From: Halocafeteria seosinensis
Lineage: Eukaryota
DNA: 20,000 bases
Assembly: GCA_001687465.1 (NCBI GenBank)
Contig: LVLI01000158.1
Span: forward strand, 61,614-81,613
Direction of reading: 5' to 3'
Part shown: positions 1 through 8,900 of the stretch, in pieces
How positions within the stretch are numbered: position 1 is the first letter of the stretch
Layout: the number at the start of each line of letters is the position of its first letter
The notes under the pieces: model-generated
What the model was told of the DNA's origin: nothing
What the model saw: the letters and a program-made list of their open reading frames with translations, nothing else
The model's database searches: none
Made by a program: the position numbers and the translations under genes

Positions 1-989
1 CTGGCTACTACCCTTAGCTGGTCCCGGATCATGTATAATTCCTGCTTGGTAACAGAAGGAACAGGCCTGTATTGCTGGAGATCAAGAGGCTTGCTACCGA
101 TGACGTGCCAAACTCAACGCCACAATTCTGGATCCTCTATTCCTTTAGCTTTCAGAAGATATTCGTTGGTTTCGTCTCGCTTAAGGTTTCCAAATATTAC
201 TTTTTTAGCAGACACATGGTCCGACATCTGCTTAATTTTGTGCATTCCTTCTCCGGGGGAGTAATAAGAACCACTTGAAATTGAGATCTTTTCTCCCGAG
301 CCGCTATGCGTCCAAATAGAACGCATATTTTCATCTCTTCCTGAGGTGCTAAGTTAATATCATCGACCACTACCAATGGGTAGGACCGCGTTGTTTTGTA
401 CAGTTTGGTCAGTGCGGTTCCGAGGGGGACTTGCATCCGGGGTTGCACTTTTGCCTTCCCTCCGACTTTTAGTTTAAAGCACTTTCGGAAAGGTCTCCAA
501 GTGTTTGCGAATCGGTAGCTGAGGTACAAAAGACTTGTAGAACGTGTAACATCTGCACCGTACCAAACCTGGAAAGGTGTAGATTCCAGCGGACGGAATG
601 GATTCGATCGATTGACGTAATAATGTCGCCGTCGTTTGTCGTCTATCTGGTCCAGTAAATTAGTTTTGGGCTCCATCAACAATTGAACAAGCCTTTCGTC
701 GATAGAAAGTCTCCGATACGGAATATACCGGTAGGGCTCCACCAGCAGCTGACCAGCTCTACCGACGCCAACGTGGGCCAACATATTTTGAGACCCTTTC
801 GTCCCAAGTGTAAGGGATAACGTCATACGCAATAGCGATTGAGAGACATAATCCAAATAGACAATTACAATAAAACACGAAGAGTATAACCTGCCATATA
901 TCGAGTTCACAAAACCAGACATAAAATCTCATAGGTAAATGAGTAAACCAGTTACAAGAACCTCCAAACCATGCCAAGGAACCACGCAC
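1..989 (-). pseudogene. Degenerate P-loop (AAA+/STAND-like) ATPase gene, truncated by the left window edge
   Basis: Joining minus-strand frames gives a hydrophobic segment (ORF 759-989), then ...HYYV, a Walker-B-like PLVVVDDIN (359-379), FQVVLITP, a frameshift at the G5 run (255-259), GEGMHKIKQMSDHVSAKKVIFGNLKRDETNEYLLKAKGIEDPELWR, an in-frame TGA (114-116), and VWHVIGSKPLDLQQY (GxP-like motif, 78-101). No GxxGxGK[ST] is present. The family call is by motif recognition only and the 5' boundary is approximate. Confidence 0.55.
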
Positions 990-1831
990 AAGAAGTCACC
1001 TGTTGCGCGTCGGCGTCTGATACGTTCATATTGCCAGGCTCACGACAACATCAATCTACTGCAGATAACATAAACAATGTGCAGAGGTTTCCTAAACTAA
1101 CTTCTTTTCTGGGCAGAAAAGTGAATGATGTGGATGGGGGTTGCGTTGGCTAAACACGCGATACGCACTTCTACTGTGGTGACGTTCGGCCGCTTCTTAC
1201 CCTGTAGTTTCGCTAGGAGATTTTTGCTGAGGGTTTTCTGATAGGGTTTATGGGGAAAGTTCACGGTTTCTCCAACTTGAAGCAACCAAGAGTGGAGTCA
1301 CTCACTACCGGTAGGACTTCCCACAAAAAAGGATAAAAAATAAAAAATGGGGGAGTAGGCATACACATACACGTTATATTGTATTATACGAAAGCTAAAA
1401 ACAACATTGGGACAGATGTTTTGTCCAGGAGGACAATCAACCGACCAGAAAGACTGTATGCTACTATTGGTACGACTGCTCCCCTCCGCCGAGTGGCCAC
1501 ACCATTCAGTGGTTGGTAGTGAATGAAATATACACTCCGGGGTTAGCTAATAGGGCCAGAATCCGTAGCTACTCAGCTAGCTGGGTAGTAGTTTGTGGTT
1601 AAGAAGACGTCATGTTCCGGTGAAGAGACATCATTCCTTACCATTGTACTTTCAACTGAAAGACACCGTGAAGGCAACTATTTGTTTTAATTTCTGAGGA
1701 ACAATGACAAAGTTTTTCGTTTCTATCCATGACACTAGTGATAGTATTTGCTCGTAGTAGGGTGAACGAGTATATCATGGAGACACTACAATGTAGAGCT
1801 CCGTGGTAACAGCATACCGGTATATGGTATA

Positions 1832-1846
1832 TGTGTGTGTGTGTGT
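1832..1846. repeat. (TG)7 microsatellite
   Basis: tgtgtgtgtgtgtgt read directly from the sequence. Confidence 0.9.
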
Positions 1847-2059
1847 ATGGTAACAGTGGTGGTAATTAGGGATGCTGCTACAAATCCATCCAAGCATTTA
1901 CCCGGGGCAGACGATCCCAATAGACTAATGTCATTAGATTTGGGTTTGAAATGGAGATAAGGACACTCAATGAAGGACAACAGGACACTGCCGGCAGGAC
2001 GTCGATGTCAGCGGCAAGTTGCAGACGACACGAGTGTACGACCAAACGAGCATCATGAA

Positions 2060-2061
2060 NN
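2060..2061. other. Two ambiguous bases (NN), a possible assembly join
   Basis: catcatgaaNNatggaaat. Confidence 0.95.
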
Positions 2062-2494
2062 ATGGAAATACACTCAGTATGCTACACACAATTAAGTGGT
2101 ATCGACGATGCGTGTTTTGAGTTGGGATCAGGAGGTACATACACTAAAAAAATCCCCCACGATCCGCCGTCTTGAAAATACACTGATTCCAATTCAGTTG
2201 GCACACGACATACATCGGCTTTGCAGCTCAGCAAGCTCTCTGACGAAGAGAACATCCGGCTGATTGGAATGATATGAGTTTTATGATACCACACTTGGTT
2301 CCGCGAGTCGTGCGAGGGTGGAGGGACATTGACGGAAATGTGGTACTACACATTCAACATTATCACCGTCCAGGCTCGCAACTTCACGATACATAATCGT
2401 AAAAATGGAGCATCCGCAATCAACAATGCTTCTCTGTTAGGCTTGGTACCATGAAAGAATGAGGAGTGATTCTTCCGAACTTGTCACTTGCGGA

Positions 2495-2537
2495 TGACGT
2501 GGCACATTTCCCTGGACTGACGTCAGTGGCGGCACAT
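2495..2537 (+). promoter_or_regulatory. Paired bZIP (ACGT-core) elements upstream of cry-DASH
   Basis: TGACGTGGCA at 2495-2504 and the perfect 12-bp palindrome ACTGACGTCAGT at 2516-2527. Each is followed by GGCACAT (2501-2507, 2531-2537). They lie about 170-200 nt before the ATG at 2699. Confidence 0.5.
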
Positions 2538-2698
2538 CACACCGATCAACCTTATTTCTCCTTACAGTGCATATGCAATTGTGGGGGCTTGACATTCATT
2601 CTGTTAACGTTTGTCCCCTTCGAAAGCTGGTGGTGTTTGTTAACTCAGGTCTACAGTGACTACACTGTACCCTCGTCGAGTTCAAATTGCAAAACACA

Positions 2699-4608
2699 AT
2701 GGCAGCAAAATTGAAATCAGGAACCGGTATAGTCTGGTTCAAAACGTCCGATCTGCGTTTGTTAGATCATGCACCATTGTGGAATGCTCACCAAACCCAC
2801 GAGAGGGTGCTCCACGTTTTCTGCTTCGACCCGACATGGTTACGTGCTACACAATTTGGCTTCCCTAAGTGGGGAAAACACAGGGTTCGCTTCCTGGTAG
2901 AGAGTGTACAAACCTTAAGAGAAGTAAATGAATAGTTTCATACAAATGCATGGGATCACATATTTCTTGATAGTCTACATGCAATTGCTGCAGAACTTGC
3001 GGAATCGTGGCTCTGAACTGCTGGTGAGACAAGAAGGGCCGGAAAAAGTCATTCCAGATCTGGCGCGATTTGTGAACGCGTCGACAGTACATTTCCATCG
3101 CGAAACGTGTTCGGAGGAATTGTCTACCGTCAATGCGGTCCGGAAGGGATTAGGAAGCACGGAAGTTCGGTAAGTAAGAATTGCACCGGTATCATACACG
3201 CATCTACAATGCGTGGATCCGCTCCGGAGCTACGATATTCTTGCATATACTATTCAGGGAATACTGGGGAAACACGCTATACGATATCCAAGATCTTCCA
3301 TGGAATCCAACTGATAACAATTTCCCAGACGTCTACACACAGTTCCGGAAAGGAGTGGAATCAAAATGTCGCGTTCAGGAGCCATATGGAGTTCCTAGGT
3401 TTTGTCCCGTAAGTAATGGGACCGTAAACGGCTACGAAGTAATCAAAACTTAATTGTGGTCTGACTATGCGCAGACACCTGAGTTAGAGGAAAATTCAAC
3501 TCATATCTGGGGAAGCATTCCAGAAGCGGCGTCTATCGCCCTTCCCGATGTGTACAGTGTCCGAGGAAAGCGGCATCTGAGCAGCCCTCCAGCGCAGGGA
3601 TGTTCTGATGGACGCTCTTCTCTGAAATTTATTGGAGGAGAAGATCACGCTCTAGATAGAGTGAATGATTACATTTGGAAAACTGAATCGATCAAAACGT
3701 ACAAAGAGACACGAAACGGGTTTAAGGGAGCAAACTATTCCAGTAAATTTTCACCGTGGTTAGCTATGGGGTATGTATTGTAAACTGGAGGGAGAATAGT
3801 GTCGTCTGAAGTAATGGAAATTCTTGCTGGTCACACCACACGCAGATGTATATCTCCGCGGACCATTTTCAAGGAGTTGAAGGAGTACGAAGCTACGCGC
3901 TGCAAGAACAAGAGTACATACTGGCTAGTTTTTGAACTGATATGGAGAGACTTCTTCCGTTTCGCCAGCCTGAAATGGGGGAACTCATTATTTCAGCTCA
4001 GTGGTCCCCGAGGAAATACTGAAAAGCATGGATATGAAACCTGGAGACACGATACTGACTTGATCCAAGCATGGTGTGAAGGTAGAACCGGCTTTCCGAT
4101 CATCGATGCGAACACGCGAGAGTTGGGACACACTGGTTTCATGAGTAACCGGGGTAGACAGATAGTTGCTTCGTTCTTTGTCAAAGACATGGAGCAGGAC
4201 TGGAGAATCGGAGCTGCCTGGTTTGAATCGCTGCTACTGGACCACGACCCAACATCCAACTATGGTAACTGGACGTACGTGGCAGGTGTAGGTGCAGATC
4301 CTCGCGAGAATCGGTACTTCCTCGTGCCAAAACAAAGTTCAAAGTTTGACAAGAACGCCGATTACATCCGGGTTTGGGTTCCTGAAGTAGCTGCCTGGCC
4401 ACTCTCTTCTGTCCACAATCCACCGCAGTCTTCGTTCCCTACTTCGGACTACCCCGTTCCAACGGTGAGACTATTGGCATACAGGAGTTCCTCGCACGGC
4501 AAGCGTCACGGGCAAGCCACAAAGGACAATACGATCCCTAATGCAAACCAACGCGGAGGAAGCGGGAGGAAAAAACGAGTGCAACACCTGATGACAGACT
4601 TTATGTAG
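2699..4608 (+). CDS. CRYD: Cryptochrome DASH (photolyase/cryptochrome family), 536 aa; join(2699..2923,2994..3169,3258..3408,3475..3770,3846..4608)
   Basis: Exons total 1611 nt and splice in frame at canonical GT-AG sites. Motifs: VWFKTSDLRLLDH, RETCSEE, YKETRNG, SSKFSPWLAMG/CISPR, STYWLVFELIWRDFF, TGFMSNRGRQIVASF (DASH-type Gln where class I CPD photolyases have Met), DWRIGAAWFES, SNYGNWTYVAGVG.DPRENRYF. An in-frame TGA lies upstream at 2657-2659. Confidence 0.95.
2924..2993 (+). other. cry-DASH intron 1 (70 nt, phase 0)
   Basis: GTAAAT...TGCAG; joins QTLRE to NLRNRGSEL and removes an in-frame TAG. Confidence 0.85.
3170..3257 (+). other. cry-DASH intron 2 (88 nt, phase 2)
   Basis: GTAAGT...TTCAG; joins STEVR to EYWGNTLY. 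Confidence 0.88.
3409..3474 (+). other. cry-DASH intron 3 (66 nt, phase 0)
   Basis: GTAAGT...CTGAC (branch-point-like, 3461-3465)...CGCAG; removes an in-frame TAA. Confidence 0.88.
3771..3845 (+). other. cry-DASH intron 4 (75 nt, phase 2)
   Basis: GTATGT...CGCAG; restores the conserved WLAMGCISPR. Confidence 0.92.
4564..4605 (+). other. C-terminal basic NLS-like segment plus PIP-box-like motif of Cry-DASH (GRKKRV-QHLMTDFM)
   Basis: Matches Q-x-x-[ILM]-T-D-F-hydrophobic at the extreme C-terminus. It aligns with human p21 GRKRRQTSMTDFY. Confidence 0.55.
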
Positions 4609-5777
4609 CAGTTGAGAGAGCGTTGCAAGTTGGTTGCTCACAGGCGGATGTGATTTTATGAGACGCACTGGGCCACTAATGGTCGAAAGGGGCTCGCGAT
4701 GACCCATGAAGGCTCTTCTATGCCTCAATACGAGATGATTATACGGCGTTTTTCCATACCCAGCTAGGTAGAATCACTCGGTAAGGTCCGAGTTCCCAAT
4801 TAGCTGCTCGCTAGTCCTTGCTGATGGAGCAATATCCAGTGAATCCAGCGTATCTAGGCTCGCCTCCAGAAGATCTATGGAAGCTGCGTTCCAGTGTGCC
4901 TCGCATCCCACGAACACGTCATGATTCCTTGCTTTGACCGATCTCTGGCGCTTTGAGTGCAAGCATGAGTACTTTGTACTTAACTGGGTCGTCACGCTGC
5001 AATATATCGCTGTACAATACATCTATTACACACAAGATTTAGTTTTCGCTCCTTCCCTAGCATACGTCCATACTACCGTACTACATACGTACCACAGTTC
5101 CAGAGTCTCTCCAACTCATCACTCGAAGGTTTGTTTGTGTCCTTGAAGCCCGGCTTCAAGACAGTTTCTGCCGGAGCTTCTTTCCTCCTGCGACCTCGCC
5201 CGGGGGGAGTTCAGGGGGAGGTCGCATGTCTTCTGTGCACGACGTTCATACCAGACAAGACTCAAATTCGGCTGTCTTGGCAAGCACAAGAAGAGCAGTG
5301 AAGCGAAAACGTGCGTGTCGACGAAACAGACCGGTTTTTTCATCCTTTTCTTTTCTCCTTTTTTGTCTTTGATTCTTGGGCGTGCGACGACGAGGTGTTC
5401 GTTCCACGTCCATCAAAGCCAACAAACCTACGCATTTTATATTGGACAAAAAGTCCCGAGAATTGCCTGCATAACCCAGACAAGAGATTGTTGGACGTCA
5501 AGTCGGATCCACGAGTGCACAAACGAAACGCTGCAACTCCCAGCGTATGTTCCTTCCTGTTGTTTTTTTGAGCGAGAGGGTGGAAAAAGAGAACGCTGGA
5601 CCAAACTTTTTCGTCTTCCGTGCACGATCACAACCACATAAAACGAGAAAACGACGTTTCTAGCCAGAGTACAGTAGTCTCAAGTGTACCTAGTGGTTAC
5701 ATACGAAAAGAGAGCCAAACGATTGGTTATCTAGCCTCAATCCGAAGTGCATAACACCGCCCGGTGTGGGCAGAGAG

Positions 5778-5829
5778 GTAAGTGACAACAACCGCGGTTT
5801 GAAAATGGGTATGAAGCATGATCGTACAG
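5778..5829 (+). other. Possible 5'UTR intron of the giant gene (52 nt)
   Basis: AG|GTAAGT consensus donor at 5778 and TACAG acceptor ending at 5829. Splicing would remove the in-frame ATGs at 5805 and 5811 and leave ATG 5844 directly before the signal peptide. Confidence 0.45.
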
Positions 5830-5843
5830 ATTGTGCGGGGACG

Positions 5844-5927
5844 ATGCGAAGTCGCTCCCAAGGAACGCACTTTGTTTTGGTGATTGTACTGGCAATTCTT
5901 CTCTCCTCGGCTCGGGAACTGAATGCG
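5844..5927 (+). other. Predicted signal peptide MRSRSQGTHFVLVIVLAILLSSARELNA|QDS
   Basis: Basic n-region, hydrophobic core FVLVIVLAILL, and small residues (SSA or LNA) as candidate cleavage sites. Confidence 0.75.
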
Positions 5928-8900
5928 CAAGATTCGGGTTCGCGTAAGTCTCAACCATTCAATGGCTGGATCTTAGTCAATTGCATCTCCGTATATTTCC
6001 CGAAGGCTCGCAGCAAGCCCGTCTGGGAGCATTTCGCCCACGACCTCGATCAGCCCTTCGGAGACGAGCAGTGAGACACCCTCGGTTTCGATGACGCCTT
6101 CCCCCTCCACCAGCGCTTCCGTGACGAGCAGTGAGAGTGTGACCCAGACTCCCTCGGTTTCCGTCACGCCTTCGATCTCGAGCAGCCCATCGGTGACGAG
6201 CAGTGAGACTGCGTCTCAGACCCCCTCAGAGACTGCGTCCAGCACTGCCTCAGAAACCGCGTCCAACACGGGCACGAGCACACCGTCTGTGACCAGTAGC
6301 GAGACTATGACACCCTCTACAACTGCCACATTCTCCCCGAATTTTCTGATCCCTTGCGATTTCTTGTTGGATCTAGAGGACCATATACCGACTCACGGGG
6401 AGCAATGTAGCTTAGATAAGCGATTCTTGCTTATTCCAGCGGAAGAGAGCTGCTTTCTTCCTCCTGGAGTCTACGATACCGACATAATGTGTGTTGCTGG
6501 TAATTTGACCATCCATGGCAACACAACCTTCAAAGCGCAGCGTCACATCCACGTGCTTGAAAGTGGCAGGATCGATGGTACTGCCAATGGCTCCCCCGCA
6601 GGAGAATCTTCCAATGTATGCTACAATCCCTCTCCCTCTAGTGGCTGTGGTGGTGGGCACGGTGGTGATGGAGGACGAGGATGTCTTGGTTGCGGGGACT
6701 TCATGTTTCCGGATACTCCGGGGCCTGGAGGCGACGGGCCAATGGGAGGAAGCGGTGGTGCTGCCCTTCATCTGGAAGCTAACAGCACTATTGATGGCTG
6801 GGTTCAAATAGATGGAGAAGTGCTTCTGAACGGGGAAGATGCGCAAGCTACGTCTGACGACTCTGGTGGCGGCGCGGGGGGGTCATTCTTTAGCTTCTCT
6901 CGACAGTTCCTGGGCGATGGAACTGTAAGAGCCAATGGAGGAGCAAGTGACCTTGGCGGTGGAGGAGGGGGAGGTAGAATTTCAGTGATCGCATTGGACA
7001 TTGCGTTTTCTGGCACTCTGGAGACAAATGGGGGTCATGGGGAAGATTCGGGGGCACCAGGCACTGTATATAGGGAAAATACCACGTATGCTTGGTTGGA
7101 GATTGCCTCACCGCTGACCGACTTGGAGGAAGATGTGTTTACTCGCCTATCTGTTGCCGACGAAGTTGAGAGATCGTTGGACAAACTTGATTTAGCTTGT
7201 GGTGGAAGAGTCGCCACTGAAGTGAGGGACATCGAGATTCACACTTTCTTCAGCCAGTGCACCGCTCCGCAGGGCTCTGATCTGCAGGTCGAAGAAGACA
7301 GCAAGCTCGTTCTCCTATCACGAACTGGAAGTACTGAAAAAGAAGGAAATTGGTTCGATGCTTTTGGGATAAACGTTCATGTATCACCCCTTGGAATTTT
7401 GCGGATTCCCTCGAGGTTATCGGTCAAAAATGCAGTTTGGAATCTCCAAGGTAAACTCTTGGATGTTTCCAGTGTAGAGCTGGATGACGATTCGATGCTT
7501 ACACTGGGTTCCGACGGAAGTGCCGGCGGAGAGGGTCACAGTGTGAAAGGGGAATTTTCCATCGCCTCTTGGACATTGCGGAGTAATTCAGAGCTCCGCG
7601 CAAAAGATGGAGTAAAAATCATATCCTCAAGCTCAAAATTTACATGCGAAGGCACGTCCACACTTCATTTGGATGGCTCAGTTACACTGTTTGCAGAAAC
7701 TGATGTTGACATTGCTCCCGGTTGCAACGTTTCTGGAGTTGGTACTGGGCACAAAGGGGGATCTGCCGACAGGCAGTGCGTAAATTCTACTTGGCCTGCG
7801 GGAGGTGCTTTTGGAGGCTATGAAGGTCAAGGCGAGGTTGGTCCCTGCGGGTCGTTTTCTTGGCCTACATCCAAAGGCATGGGAGGCGGTGGTCCGGAGA
7901 ATGGGGGGAGTGGTGGAGGTGCGTTATTGATGAAGTCGAATGGGGTCATTAGCGTCAATGGATCGATCAACATGGACGGTGTCAAAGGAAGCAATAACGA
8001 AACGTGTTTGGACGCCGGGGGAGGTGGATCAGGTGGAAGTATTCTATTATTTGCCCGGCAGTTGAGAGGAGGGGGCTTGATTAGCGCCAGTGGAGCAGCT
8101 GCCGGCAGTTGCTCCGAGGCTGAAGACAGCCCTGGATCTGGTTCGGGTGGGAGGATTGCGTTGTATTCACACACAAATGATTCGTTTCAGGGGGAAATGC
8201 GCGCTGCAGGTGGAGAAGCCGCCGCTGGTGGGGGCAAGCCAGCAGCAGCAGGCACAATATACATAGCTACAAGTCATGATGATGACGATCACGCAGCTCT
8301 TTGGGAAGCAAGAGGAACGGAGGAATGCACTACTTGCAATGTGACCAAATGGATGGAGATAAACAACTTTGGCCTTGCAACTTGGGGTGTTGAGCCCATG
8401 GTTGCTACAGCGATTTCCGTGGCTGCAGGAGAGCATCTACAGCTTGACTACTTGGATGTGCTTGGTGGGGCTCATGCGCGATTGGAATCATCGGCTGTCA
8501 CACGCTCCTCTCTTGGCGTATGGCAGTTACGAGGGGATCAGTCTGGAAGCTTGACCGTGGCAAACGGAAACAATCTTACGTTCACCGGATTACATCAGCG
8601 TTTCGAACGACCTACTACCAGATTCGAGCGCAAGCTTACTGACGGTGTTTTTTCGCACAAGCAAGTATCCGAGCTCCTCATTGTTGAAGCAGTGCTTGAC
8701 TTGCATGATTCTCCGGCAATAGTTGTCCAGGATGAAAGTAGTGTGCATTTCCCGGCTGTAACTGTGATCTCCCGGGATATCTTAATCCTACGCGAAGGGA
8801 GTACCGTTGATTTCCAAAGCTTAATCGCTACAGGAAATTGGACTTTAGCCTTAGATTCCCATAGCCAAAGCAGTGGGATGAATTCTGGAGAGTATAGTTT

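Noticed and set aside
114..116. In-frame TGA as selenocysteine or an alternative genetic code
   Set aside because: The same gene also has a frameshift and lacks a Walker A, and the two intact genes contain no in-frame TGA in more than 5,000 codons.
1569..1588. Near-palindrome CTACTCAGCTAGCTGGGTAG
   Set aside because: Short and isolated, with no partner terminal inverted repeat, target-site duplication or transposase in the window.
1290..2460. Short ORFs between the pseudogene and cry-DASH
   Set aside because: No recognisable motifs or convincing splice chain; treated as intergenic.
5023..5760. Overlapping short ORFs on both strands, some Lys/Arg-rich
   Set aside because: Explained by T- and A-rich tracts in the likely promoter region of the giant gene; no protein-like signal.
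6061..6306. 16-nt direct repeats with variable spacers, superficially CRISPR-like
   Set aside because: They are in-frame coding repeats (VTSSE) of the S/T stalk in a spliced eukaryotic gene, and no cas genes are present.
8530..8538. RGD tripeptide
   Set aside because: It occupies the recurring structural [LF].GD motif (SGD in other modules), occurs once, and has no integrin context.
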